DNA from: an uncultured Gemmatimonadales bacterium
Lineage (GTDB): Bacteria > Gemmatimonadota > Gemmatimonadetes > Longimicrobiales > RSA9
DNA: 64,000 nucleotides
Assembly (NCBI GenBank): GCA_963798085.1
Contig: CAWCRS010000009.1
Location: forward strand, 256,001-320,000
Direction: 5' to 3'
Position 1 is the first letter of the stretch. Every line of letters begins with the position of its first letter. Positions 40,847-51,247 of the stretch are shown one piece after another. The translations under genes were made by a program, and so were the position numbers. The notes below the pieces were generated by a model, which ran no database searches, was not told where the DNA came from, and saw nothing but the letters and a program-made list of their open reading frames with translations.

Positions 40847-41849
40847 TCAGCGGGTGCCGTACCCGAACGATTCGATGAGCCGCCTGGCCACGTCGCCGCG
40901 CAGGAAGTCCAGGTACGCGCGCGCCGCGGGATGGTCGCGGCCGGGCAGGAGCAGGACCGCGTCCTGCGCAAGGGGCTCATGGTACTCGGCGGGCACCAGC
41001 CAGTACGTGTGCTCCGGCTCGTGGATTACCTGCGACCACGCGACGAAGCCCAGCTCCGCCGCGCCCGACTTCACGAACTGCAGCGTCTGCGTGAGGCTCT
41101 CGCCGCGCACGAGGCGGGCGGCAATCGCATCGTACAGACCCAGAATGCCGCAGCACCTGCATGGCCGCCACACCGTAGGGCGCCGTCTCCGGGTTGGCGA
41201 TGGCAATGTGGCGAAACCGCCCGCTGCGCAGATCCTCGCCGGCCGCGCGGACGGAATCGAGCGACGGGCCGTACAGCGCGAGTCGCCCGACCGCGTACGT
41301 GAAACGCGAGCCCGCCACCGCGTAGCCATCACGCTCCAGCAGCGCGGGCCGCTCGCTGTCCGCCGACAGGAACACGTCGAAGGGGGCACCGTTGCGCGCC
41401 TGCGCGTAGAGCAGCCCGCTCGAGCCCACGCTGCTCACCACACGCTGGCCCGATCCCGCCCTGAACTTCGCCGCCAGCTGCTCCTGCACCACTGCGAAAT
41501 TCGCGGCCACCGCCACTCTCACCTCTGCGGCCACCGCCACCCTCACCTCTGCGGCCACCGCCACCCTCACCTCTGACGACTCGCGCGCTCCCGCGTATGC
41601 GTGAGCGCGCGTACCCGGACCGTCGCGCCGTCCGGCGCCCGATGTGCCGAGCCCGAGCAGCAGCAGGAACACGCTGTGCCGCGCAGCAGCGCGCCCGCAG
41701 CGGAAGGTCGCGCGGACAGAGGTGGACACGGCTGCAGCGACACGGGCCGGCGCGCAGGCGGAGAGCCCAGCCGCGCGCGCCCGGGCGCGGCCTGACAGGC
41801 TGCCAGGCGGCCGGCGGCGGCGCCACGCGCGGATTCCTGCTGCCGCCAT
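40847..41849 (-). CDS. modA: Molybdate-binding periplasmic protein, +1 frameshift at ~41145
   Basis: VAVAANF, GSSGLLYAQ..NGAPFDVFLSAD and IANPETAPYG; the next frame gives GESLTQTLQFVKSG and LAQDAVLL. The start is uncertain (TGATG overlap at 41849). Confidence 0.88.
41503..41574. repeat. 24-nt x3 in-frame tandem repeat in modA (EVRVAVAA x3)
   Basis: gcggccaccgccac(c/t)ctcacctct at 41503, 41527 and 41551. Confidence 0.95.
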
Positions 41850-42892
41850 CACGCCAGTTCGCCGGTGCGTGCGGCGTTGTAACCCGGCAGGCCCGCCACC
41901 AGCGCTGCGTGCGCGCGTGACCGCAGACAATCGAGCAGCGCGACAATGCGCGGATCCTGCTCCTCCGCTTCCGCGAAGAACAGGTCGTAATCCTCCTGGC
42001 GCACGGGCAGGAACTCGAGACCACCCTCGCGCGCCGCCAGCTCCACGCACACACCCGCCTGCGCCCAGCCCGTGCGGATCGTCTCCACCACACCGCGATG
42101 ATCCGATGCGATGCGGCGCAGCCCTTCAGGCTCCGGCTCGCGGCCCTCGAGAATCAGTTCCAGGCATTTGCGGGCGCCCGAGCCTTCTTCGCGGCCCACC
42201 CAGCGCAGCGTGGCACCCACCGCCGCGCCCACCGAGTCGACTGCCAGTCCCGGCAGCAGCGCGATACCCTCGGTCCAGCGCGCAACGTGCACACGACGGT
42301 AGCCCGGCCCTAACAGTTCCTTGACAACGATATCGTTGTCCGCAGCATCGTCGCCCAGATGAACGCCGGCCGCATGCACCAGCCCGGCCCGCAGCAGCCC
42401 GAGCGCACGCCGGCTGGAACGCAGCAGCGCCAGCACCCGGAAGCCGTGCGCCCTCGCCAGCGCTCCCGCCAGCAGGCCCACCGCCGGATCGCAGCCTGCT
42501 AACAGCAGCGTTCGGGATGGATCCGCGGACAACGCCAGCGCCTGGCCCGTGAGCCCATCGTGCGGCACGGCGCCGGCCGCCGTGGCCTCGACCGGAACGC
42601 GCAGCACACGCCCACCCACCTGCGCCAGCCAGTACCTCGCCTCCCGCCCGGGCGACCACGCCCACGGCGCCTCCTCGTGTTCGTTCTCCGCCAGCCGGAA
42701 CAACGACTCCACGCGCATCCCCAGCGCGCTCGCCAGCGCCAGCGCCGCCGCGGCTGACGGGATCAGGCGACCCGTCTCCACGGCGCTCACTTCGGCCCGT
42801 GACAGGTGCGCGCGCGCCGCCAGCTCACCTTGCGCCCAGCCGCGCGCGATTCGCTCCTCGCGCACCCGGTTTCGGAATCCCTTGCTTGTCAT
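41849..42892 (-). CDS. XRE-family HTH regulator fused to a PBP-like (molybdate-binding) domain
   Basis: NRVREERIARGWAQGELA..LSRAEVSAVETG; GCDPA, SSRRALGLL..GLVHAAGVHL, REEGSGAR and EDYDL. First gene of the mod operon. Confidence 0.88.
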   Translation of the reverse strand: MTSKGFRNRVREERIARGWAQGELAARAHLSRAEVSAVETGRLIPSAAAALALASALGMRVESLFRLAENEHEEAPWAWSPGREARYWLAQVGGRVLRVPVEATAAGAVPHDGLTGQALALSADPSRTLLLAGCDPAVGLLAGALARAHGFRVLALLRSSRRALGLLRAGLVHAAGVHLGDDAADNDIVVKELLGPGYRRVHVARWTEGIALLPGLAVDSVGAAVGATLRWVGREEGSGARKCLELILEGREPEPEGLRRIASDHRGVVETIRTGWAQAGVCVELAAREGGLEFLPVRQEDYDLFFAEAEEQDPRIVALLDCLRSRAHAALVAGLPGYNAARTGELA

Positions 42893-42893
42893 G

Positions 42894-42915
42894 ATCCTAT
42901 CAGAGTTGATACGAT
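42894..42915. promoter_or_regulatory. 22-bp operator-like palindrome
   Basis: ATCCTATCA-GAGT-TGATACGAT (one mismatch), abutting the regulator start codon and divergent from kup. Confidence 0.55.
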
Positions 42916-43001
42916 GCTGAACGATGACGCGCAAGTTCGGCCCTCCGCCTTACTATCCTGCCCGCACCACATCCCATGCCCCGGCAAAGGAGAAGACCGG
43001 C

Positions 43002-44931
43002 ATGGCTGGACCCGACCGGACGGCAGCCTCGCCGGCCAGTGCACTCGCCGCCCACGACGGCGAGCCCCACGGCCGTTACCTGGCGCTGCTCTGCCTGGGC
43101 GCGCTGGGCGTCGTGTACGGGGACATCGGCACCAGTCCGCTGTACGCGATCCGCGAGTGCTTCTTCGGCGAGTATGCCGTGCCGCCCACGCACGCCAACG
43201 TGATGGGTGTGCTGTCGCTGATCTTCTGGTCGCTGATCCTGGTGATTTCCGTGAAGTACCTGGGCGTGGTGCTGCGCGCCGACAACCGCGGCGAGGGCGG
43301 CATTCTGGCGCTGATGGCACTGGCGCGTCCGGAGCACAGCGCGCCCGGCCGGCGCGTGAGCCTGATCATCGGGCTGGGCCTGTTCGGCGCCGCGCTGCTC
43401 TACGGTGATGGCATGATCACGCCGGCCATTTCCGTGCTCAGCGCGATCGAGGGCCTGGAAGTCGCAACGCCCATCTTCGCGCCCTACGTCGTGCCCCTGA
43501 CTATCATCGTGTTAGTACTGCTCTTCCTCGTGCAGCGGCGCGGCACGGGTGGCGTGGGTGTCATGTTCGGCCCGGTGACGCTGGCGTGGTTCGCGGTCAT
43601 CTCGGCGCTCGGCATCTGGCAGCATCGTGCGCGGGCCGGAAGTACTGCTGGCGGTGAGTCCGACGTACGCCATCAATTTCTTCCTGCGCAACCACATGCA
43701 CGGCTTCGTCGTGCTGGCCGCGGTATTCCTCGTGGTCACGGGAGGCGAGGCGCTGTACGCGGACATGGGACATTTCGGGCGGCGCCCCATCCGGCTGAGC
43801 TGGTTCATCGTGGTGCTGCCGGCGCTGCTGCTCAACTACTTCGGCCAGGGCTCACTGCTGCTGCAGAATGCGACGACGGTGCACAACCCCTTCTTCCGGC
43901 TGGCGCCCACCTGGGCGCTCTATCCGCTCGTGGTGCTGGCCACCGCCGCCGCGGTCATTGCCTCACAGGCTGTGATCTCGGGTGCGTTCTCGCTCACGAT
44001 GCAGGCCGTGCAGCTGGGCTATCTGCCACGGGTCGAAATCGACCACACGTCGGCGCGCGAGCGCGGCCAGATCTACGTGCCGCCCGTCAACTGGATCCTC
44101 ATGCTCGCCTGCATCGGCCTGGTCCTGGGTTTTCGCTCATCCAGCAATCTCGCGGCTGCCTACGGTGTGGCCGTCACCACCACGATGGTGATTACGACCG
44201 TGCTGCTCTACGTCGTGGGACGACAGCGCTGGCACTGGCGCACCGCGCGGGCTCTGCCCATCACGCTCGGCTTCCTGGCCCTCGACGTGTCGTTCTTCGG
44301 CGCCAACGTGATCAAGATTCCGCACGGCGGCTGGTTCGCACTGGCGGTGGCCGGTTTCATTTACCTGCTCATGACCACGTGGAAACGCGGTCGCGCCATC
44401 CTCGCGCAGCGGCTGCGTGATGCATCGACGCCGCTCGAGGACGTGCTGGCCGGCCTGAGTCGCGATGGCCCGCACCGCGTGCGCGGCACCGCCGTGTTCA
44501 TGACCGGCCACTCGCAGGGCACGCCGCCCGCGCTGCTGCACAACCTGAAACACAACCAGGTGCTGCACGAGCAGGTGGTCCTCCTCACCATCGTGACCGA
44601 GGACATCCCGCACGTCGCGCTCAGCGATCGTTTCACTGTACAGGAACTGGGGCAGGGCTTCTTCCGCGTCGTCGCACACTACGGTTTCATGGAAGAGCCC
44701 GACGTGCCCCAGCTGTTCCAGCTGGCGCGTGAGCGCGGCCTCAAGACCGAGCTGATGCGCACCACCTTCTTCCTCGGCCGCGAGCGCATCATCTCGCGCA
44801 AGCGCCGCGGGCTCGGCCGACTGCGCGACAATCTCTTCGCCGTCATGTCCCAGAACGCCCAGGGAGCGACCTCATTCTTCCGCATCCCCCCTAACCGCGT
44901 GGTAGAGCTGGGCGCCCAGATCGAGATCTGA
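43002..44931 (+). CDS. kup: Potassium transporter Kup, +1 frameshift at ~43620
   Basis: [49 protein letters not shown] and [15 protein letters not shown] aaggag. Confidence 0.95.
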
Positions 44932-44940
44932 CTGGAACTA

Positions 44941-45092
44941 CGACTGCGCTTCTGGGCTGGGGCTCGGGCTGGTTGCTCGGAACGGACGTACGGATCCAAC
45001 GGCGTTGCTTGGACTGGGGCTCGGGCCGGTTGCTCGGGAACGGACGTACGGATCCAACGGCGTTGCTTGGGCTGGGGCCCGGGCAACGCTGT
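44941..45092. repeat. Family A element with an internal ~57-bp tandem duplication
   Basis: ctggggctcgggc(t/c)ggttgctcgg(g)aacggacgtacggatccaacggcgttgcttgg at 44957 and 45014. It has the same cgactgcg...gcaacgctgt ends as 2971-3198. Confidence 0.85.
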
Positions 45093-45130
45093 TCCAGACC
45101 CATGACAGCCGCCACTCACCCCAACCAGTC

Positions 45131-45187
45131 TTGACGCAAAGGCAGCTCCCCCGCATATATCGCCACCCGGTATATCGCCACCCGATT
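45131..45187 (+). promoter_or_regulatory. padR promoter/operator
   Basis: TTGACG at 45131. tatatcgccacccg is repeated at 45156 and 45171 (15-nt period), forming ATATCG-N5-CG(G/A)T quasi-palindromes. Confidence 0.6.
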
Positions 45188-45197
45188 GAGGTCCGCC

Positions 45198-45572
45198 ATG
45201 ATCCGTTCGCGACGCGCACCCGATCCGCGGGAACTGCTGCCACTCACGCCCGCCGCGTTCCACATTCTGCTCGCGTTGCTGGACAACGATCTGCACGGCT
45301 ACGCCATCATGCGCGCGGTGCAGGAGCGATCATCCGGCGAGGTGCGATTGGGGCCGGGCACACTGTACGGCGCCATCAAGCGGCTGCTGGACCAGCACGT
45401 CGTGGAGGAACTCGCGGAGCGACCCGAGCCGGATCAGGATGACGAGCGTCGTCGCTATTACCGGCTGACCGCATTCGGCAGGCAGGTGCTGGCCGCCGAG
45501 GCGGACCGGCTGGAGGCGCTGGTCAGGGCGGTGCGCGCGCGCAAGCTGCAGCCGCGCACGCGGCCGTCCTGA
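45198..45572 (+). CDS. PadR-family transcriptional regulator
   Basis: FHILLAL...HGYAIM, LGPGTLYGAIKRL and RRRYYRLTAFGRQVL. Confidence 0.93.
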   Translation: MIRSRRAPDPRELLPLTPAAFHILLALLDNDLHGYAIMRAVQERSSGEVRLGPGTLYGAIKRLLDQHVVEELAERPEPDQDDERRRYYRLTAFGRQVLAAEADRLEALVRAVRARKLQPRTRPS

Positions 45573-45599
45573 ACGGTTGCCTGAACACGTCGTTATCGA

Positions 45600-48395
45600 A
45601 TGCCCGTGCCGCGCTCCGCTGACCCGCGTTTCAGCCTTCCGGTCTACCGGCTGCTGCTGCGCGTGTATCCCCGGCCTTTCCGCGCCCGTTTCGGGTCCCT
45701 GATGCAGGCGACGTTTCGCGATGCCGTTCTGGACGCGCGTCACCGGGCCGGCGCCCGCGGCGTGGCCGCACTCTGGCTGCACACCCTCCGGGACCTGGTC
45801 CGCTCCGCCACACGCGAACGCCTGGAGTCTTTAACTGCACTGTTTGGGAAGGCTGTGAAGCCTCGCCCTGCTGCCACGACCGGGAACGACGATGCGGTCT
45901 GGAACCACGATCCCCAGCCACCAGCCCCAGCCCCGGCAACCAGAAACCGACACGGAGTGTCAGGCATGGCCACGCTGCTGCAGGACCTGCGTTACGCGTT
46001 TGTCACCCTGTCGCGGCAGCGCGCCTTCTCGGTGATCGCGGTGCTGACGCTGGCGCTGGGGATTGGCGCGAACGTCACGCTGTTTTCGCTCGTGGACCAC
46101 GTGCTGCTGCAGCGCCTGCCGTTCCGCGAGCCGGACCGGCTGGTGCGCATCTACGGCACGTATCCGCCGCTGCACCAGACGCGCGAGAATGTTTCGCCAC
46201 TCGATGTGCTGGACTGGCGCGAACAGGCGAAATCGCTGGCCGGCGTGTCCATGGGAACGGGCATGTCGATGGCGCTGGCGGGTGCCGGCGACCCGGTCAT
46301 GGTGCAGGTGGGGGCCGTCTCCGCCAACTGGTTCGATGTCCTCGGTGTCAGCCCGATTCTGGGTCGCGGGTTCACGCCGGAGGAGGAGGTGGCGGGCAAA
46401 CATCGTGTTGCGCTGCTGACGGACGGCTTGTGGCGCAGCCGCTTCGGCGCCGATCCGGGTGTCGTGGGCCGCATGGTGAAGCTGCAGGGCGCCGACTACC
46501 AGGTGATCGGTGTGCTGCCGCGGGACTTCGAGTCGCCGGTTCCCACAGCGGCTGGTGATCCGGTGATGTACCGGCCGCTCGTGATCAACCGCGATCCGGG
46601 CGCACGGGGCGGGCATTATCTGCTTTCGATTGCGCGGCTGCGGCCGGGCGTATCGCTGAACTCGGCGCGCACCGAGATGAACGCAATCACGCAGCGCCTG
46701 GCGGCCGCCTACCCCGTGTTCAATACCGATCGCGGCGGCGTGAACATGGTACCGCTGCGTGAGACGATTGCCGCCGGCGCCCGCCGTCCGTTGGTCGTGC
46801 TCTTCGGCGCGGTCGCGTTTCTGCTCTTCATCGCGTGCGCCAACGTGGCCAACCTGCTGCTGGCTCGGGCCTCGACCCGGCAGCGTGAGATCGCCGTCCG
46901 CACGGCCCTGGGGGCGCGCCGCAGCCGCATCCTGCGTCAGCTGTTCACGGAGAACCTGCTGCTCGCACTGCTGGCCGGCGTTGTCGGCCTTGCCCTGGCC
47001 ATGGGTGCCCTGCGCGTCGTGCCGGCGCTGGCGGCCGGCAATCTGCCGCGCACCGCGAGTCTGGCGCTGGACGCGCGCGTCGTCTGGTTCGCGCTGGGGA
47101 CCGTGCTGCTGACAGCGCTGTTATTCGGCATGGCGCCGGCCCGCCGGACGGCGCGCGCCAATGTGCAGAGCGCCCTGCGTGACGGCGGGCGAGGCGTGAC
47201 GCAGGGCGGCGGGCGCCATCTGCGCAGCGCGCTGGTCATGGGCGAGGTAGCGATGTCGCTTGTGCTGCTGGTGGGCGCCGCACTGCTGACGCGCAGTTTC
47301 GATCGACTGCTGTCCGTGGACGGGGGCTTCGATCGACGCCACGCACTGACAGCGTCGTTGTCGCTGCCCGGCGCCACCTATCCCGAGACGCCGCAGATCC
47401 TGGCATTCTGGGATGGCGTGCTGCAACGGATTGGCGCACTGCCCGGTGTCACCGCGGTGGGCGGCATCAACATGATGCCGCTCTCGGGCAGCTACTCGTG
47501 CGACAGCTTCGCGCTCGATGACCGCGCCCCGCCGCCCGCCGGGCAGGAGCCGTGTGCCGAGTCACGCCGCGCCTCGCCCGATTACTTCAATGCCATGGGT
47601 ATCGCGCTCCTGAGGGGTCGCTTCTTCAACGCGACGGACCGTGCCGGCGGGGTGCCCGCGGTCATCATCGATCAGTCGATGGCGCAGCAGTGGTGGCCCG
47701 GACAGGACGCCCTGGGCAAGCGCATCAAGTGGGGCGACTTCACCGCCGACGAACCGTGGCGCACCGTCGTGGGCGTGGTTGCCGATGTGAAGCACTTCGG
47801 CCTGGACGCGGCGACCCGTCCGGAGATCTACATGCCACTCGCGCAGGAGGCCTCCGCCGGACTGACGCTGGTGGTGCGCACCACCGGCGATCCCGACGCA
47901 CTGGCGGTTGGCCTGCGCGCCGCCGTGCACGCCCAGGACCCGGACCTGCCCGTGTCCAGGCTGCTCACGCTGCAACAGATCGTTAGTAATTCCGTGGCGG
48001 GCCCGCGCTTCCGCACCATACTCCTGGCGGCGTTCGCGGGCACTGCCCTGCTTCTCTCGCTGGTGGGGTTGTACGGCGTGCTGGCTTTCGCCGTGGCGCA
48101 GCGCCGGCACGAATTCGGCATTCGCATGGCCGTCGGCGCCGCCCGCGGTGACGTGCTGCGCATGGTGCTGCGCCAGGCCGTGGGTCTGGTGCTGGGCGGC
48201 CTGTTCATGGGCGTGCCCGTGGCGCTGCTGGGCACGCGTGCGCTGCGCGGCCTGCTGTTCGGCATCGGTGCCGGCGACGCGGCCAGCTTCGCGGTGGCGG
48301 GCCTGTCCCTGCTGCTGGTGGGCCTGCTGGCCAGCTGGCTGCCGGCACGCCGGGCCACGCGCGTCGACCCCATGATCGCCTTGCGCGATATATGA
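45600..48395 (+). CDS. ADOP-type ABC permease with extra N-terminal module
   Basis: [23 protein letters not shown] prefix, then [16 protein letters not shown] and DPMIALR. Confidence 0.93.
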   Translation: MPVPRSADPRFSLPVYRLLLRVYPRPFRARFGSLMQATFRDAVLDARHRAGARGVAALWLHTLRDLVRSATRERLESLTALFGKAVKPRPAATTGNDDAVWNHDPQPPAPAPATRNRHGVSGMATLLQDLRYAFVTLSRQRAFSVIAVLTLALGIGANVTLFSLVDHVLLQRLPFREPDRLVRIYGTYPPLHQTRENVSPLDVLDWREQAKSLAGVSMGTGMSMALAGAGDPVMVQVGAVSANWFDVLGVSPILGRGFTPEEEVAGKHRVALLTDGLWRSRFGADPGVVGRMVKLQGADYQVIGVLPRDFESPVPTAAGDPVMYRPLVINRDPGARGGHYLLSIARLRPGVSLNSARTEMNAITQRLAAAYPVFNTDRGGVNMVPLRETIAAGARRPLVVLFGAVAFLLFIACANVANLLLARASTRQREIAVRTALGARRSRILRQLFTENLLLALLAGVVGLALAMGALRVVPALAAGNLPRTASLALDARVVWFALGTVLLTALLFGMAPARRTARANVQSALRDGGRGVTQGGGRHLRSALVMGEVAMSLVLLVGAALLTRSFDRLLSVDGGFDRRHALTASLSLPGATYPETPQILAFWDGVLQRIGALPGVTAVGGINMMPLSGSYSCDSFALDDRAPPPAGQEPCAESRRASPDYFNAMGIALLRGRFFNATDRAGGVPAVIIDQSMAQQWWPGQDALGKRIKWGDFTADEPWRTVVGVVADVKHFGLDAATRPEIYMPLAQEASAGLTLVVRTTGDPDALAVGLRAAVHAQDPDLPVSRLLTLQQIVSNSVAGPRFRTILLAAFAGTALLLSLVGLYGVLAFAVAQRRHEFGIRMAVGAARGDVLRMVLRQAVGLVLGGLFMGVPVALLGTRALRGLLFGIGAGDAASFAVAGLSLLLVGLLASWLPARRATRVDPMIALRDI

Positions 48396-51211
48396 CAACA
48401 CCGCGTTATCCGCGCGCGGCGGGCCTTTCATTCCGCCTGTACCGGTGGCTGCTGGCGCTCTACCCGCGCGGTTTCCGCGAGCGCTTCCGCGCCCTGATGC
48501 AGGCGACGTTCCGCGATGCGGTCCAGGAGGCGCTGCAGCGTGCCGGCCCTTCCGGGCTGGCCGGCCTCTGGCTGCGCACGCTCACCGATCTCGTGCGCTC
48601 CGCCGTACGCGAACACCTCGACGCCCTGACCGGCCGCACGGCCGCCGATCCGTTCGCAAACGCGCGCGATGGGCGCGACAATGCCTGGATCTACGATCCC
48701 CAGCAACCAGCCCCAGCCCCAGCAACCAGCCACGCTTCTCTCAGGAAAAGCATGTCGACCTTCACGCAGGACTCGCGCTACGGTCTGCGCACGCTGTTGC
48801 GCCGGCCCGGCTTCAGCTTCATTGCCGTGCTGACACTGGCACTCGGCATCGGTGCGAACAGCGCCTTGTTCAGCGTGGTGCAGTCCGTGCTGCTGACGCC
48901 GCTGCCCTACAGGGACCCGCAGCAGATCGCCATGATCTGGAGTCGCTGGAAAGGTTTCGACAAGACGTGGGTGTCGGAGGAGGAGTACCAGAACTACCGT
49001 GCGACGGTACACAGCTTCAGCGACCTTGCCATTTTCGAGCAGTACCAGGCCAATATCACGGAGGGTGACAACCCTGCGCTCGTGCCCGTCATGCGCTTCT
49101 CGCCCAACCTCATGAATATGCTGGGCGTGGCGCCGGCGCTGGGGCGCAGCTTCCTGGCGGAGGAGGCGCCGCTGCAGGGCAACCCCGCCAATGTCGTGAT
49201 GCTGAGCTGGGAGCTGTGGCAGCAGCGCTTCGCGGGCGATCCGGGGGTGCTGGGCCGCAAGCTCAGCATCAACGGCGAGCCGTACGAGATCGTGGGCGTG
49301 ATGCCGGCCGGTTTCCGCCTGCCCCTCGACTACAAGACGGATCGTCCCACGCGTCTCTGGCTCCCGCACGCGCTCAGCGTGCCGCCCGGGCCGTTGCCCA
49401 AGACAGGCACCAGTCACGGCTCGTACGTGATCGGCCGCCTGCGGCCCGGTGTCACGGCCGCTGCCGCTAATGCAGAGTTAGAGCAGCTGTCGGCGCGCCT
49501 CGACGAGGAAGGGTACTACCCGCCTGACTGGCACTTCCAGGCCTTTGCCGTGAGTGCTGCCGATGAAGTGGCGGGTGCCATGCGCCCGGCGCTGCTGGTG
49601 CTGCTGGGTGCTGTGGGTCTGGTGCTGCTCATTGCCTGCGCCAACGTGGCCAACCTGCTGCTGGTGCGAGGTGAGGACCGGCGGCGCGAGATGGCCGTGC
49701 GATCCGCGCTCGGCGCGAATCGCGGCCGGCTGGTGCGCCAGCTGCTGGCCGAGAATCTGCTGTTATCACTGACCGGTGGTGGGGCCGGCATCGCACTCGC
49801 CTGGGCAGGCGTGGCGGCGCTGCGTTACATCGCGCCGGCCAACCTGGCGCGCGTGCCCGAGACCGCCATCGACGGCGGCGTCCTCGCCTTCACCGCGCTG
49901 TTGTCCGTTGCCACGGCGCTGATCTTCGGCCTGCTGCCCGCGCTGCAGGTGGCGAGGGCCAACGCGCAGGCCGTACTGCGTGAGGGCGGGCGCGCCAATA
50001 CGGCCGGGCGCGCGCGCCATCGCGTGCGTCGCATGCTGGTCGCCGGCGAAGTCGCGCTGGCCGTGATGCTGGCCGCGGGTGCCGGCCTCATGCTGCGCAG
50101 CTTCTGGAAGCTGGTCGACATCGATCCCGGTTTCCACGCGCAGAACGTGCTCACCATGCGCCTCTCCACACCGGCCGCATTCTACACGGACGACGCCGCG
50201 GTCACGTCGTTCTACAGTCAGCTGCTCGAGCGCGTGCGCGCGCTGCCCGGCGTCCGGTCGGCGGGCCTCATACGCGTGCTGCCCATCGATCAGGAGATCG
50301 GTGATTCCTGCGTGGGCGTCGATGGCTACACGCCACCGCCCGGCGAATGTCCGGCCAGCGACTGGCAGGCCGCCAGCGATGGGTACTTCGAAACCATGGG
50401 CACCCGTCTCATTGAAGGCCGCTTCATCGAAGCGGCAGATACGCATGATGCGCCGCAGGTGATGGTCGTGAACCAGGCGTTCGTGCACCGCTACATCGCC
50501 GATGGCCAGGCGATCGGCAAACGTGTGACGTTCAGCTTCCTGCAGAATCCCCGGCCGCAGACGATCGTCGGCGTGGTCGCCGATATGCACCACAACGGCC
50601 TCACGGGCGTGGTAAAGCCCGCGTTCTTCCGGCCGCACGCGCAGTGGGCGGTCAGCACCGGTTTCCCGCAACGCAGCATGGCGCTGGTGGTGCGCACCAG
50701 CGGCAACACGCGCGCGATGATCCCGAGCGTGCGCGCGCAGATCCGCGCACTGGATCCGCGCCTGCCGGTCTCCGGCGAGCAGCTGATGCAGGATGTCCTC
50801 GCGCGCGCGGTGGCACAGCCCCGCTTCACGCTCGTGCTGCTCATGGTGTTCGGCGGGCTGGCCCTGTCACTGGCTGTCGTCGGCATCTATGGCGTGGTCT
50901 CGTACGCGGTCGCCGCCAGCCGTCAGGAGCTGGGCATTCGCATGGCGCTGGGCGCGGCGCCGCGCAGCGTCGTGTGGCTCTCGCTGCGCGAAGGCCTGGG
51001 CCACGCACTGGGCGGCGTACTGATCGGCACCGTGGGAGCACTGGGCGCGACACGCATCATGCAGTCGATCGTCTACAACGTGCCCACCACCGACCCGACC
51101 ACGTACGCGTCCGTCGCGCTGATCGGGCTGCTGGCGGCATTTCTGGCCAGCTACATACCCGCGCGACGTGCCTCGCGCACGGACCCGCTCGTGGCGTTGC
51201 GCACCGAGTGA
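48392..51211 (+). CDS. ADOP-type ABC permease with extra N-terminal module
   Basis: [13 protein letters not shown] prefix, [19 protein letters not shown] and [13 protein letters not shown] overlap with the previous gene. Confidence 0.93.
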   Translation: MTTPRYPRAAGLSFRLYRWLLALYPRGFRERFRALMQATFRDAVQEALQRAGPSGLAGLWLRTLTDLVRSAVREHLDALTGRTAADPFANARDGRDNAWIYDPQQPAPAPATSHASLRKSMSTFTQDSRYGLRTLLRRPGFSFIAVLTLALGIGANSALFSVVQSVLLTPLPYRDPQQIAMIWSRWKGFDKTWVSEEEYQNYRATVHSFSDLAIFEQYQANITEGDNPALVPVMRFSPNLMNMLGVAPALGRSFLAEEAPLQGNPANVVMLSWELWQQRFAGDPGVLGRKLSINGEPYEIVGVMPAGFRLPLDYKTDRPTRLWLPHALSVPPGPLPKTGTSHGSYVIGRLRPGVTAAAANAELEQLSARLDEEGYYPPDWHFQAFAVSAADEVAGAMRPALLVLLGAVGLVLLIACANVANLLLVRGEDRRREMAVRSALGANRGRLVRQLLAENLLLSLTGGGAGIALAWAGVAALRYIAPANLARVPETAIDGGVLAFTALLSVATALIFGLLPALQVARANAQAVLREGGRANTAGRARHRVRRMLVAGEVALAVMLAAGAGLMLRSFWKLVDIDPGFHAQNVLTMRLSTPAAFYTDDAAVTSFYSQLLERVRALPGVRSAGLIRVLPIDQEIGDSCVGVDGYTPPPGECPASDWQAASDGYFETMGTRLIEGRFIEAADTHDAPQVMVVNQAFVHRYIADGQAIGKRVTFSFLQNPRPQTIVGVVADMHHNGLTGVVKPAFFRPHAQWAVSTGFPQRSMALVVRTSGNTRAMIPSVRAQIRALDPRLPVSGEQLMQDVLARAVAQPRFTLVLLMVFGGLALSLAVVGIYGVVSYAVAASRQELGIRMALGAAPRSVVWLSLREGLGHALGGVLIGTVGALGATRIMQSIVYNVPTTDPTTYASVALIGLLAAFLASYIPARRASRTDPLVALRTE

Positions 51212-51247
51212 GGCCCGCAGCGGACTGCGGATCGTCGCTGGGTTGCC

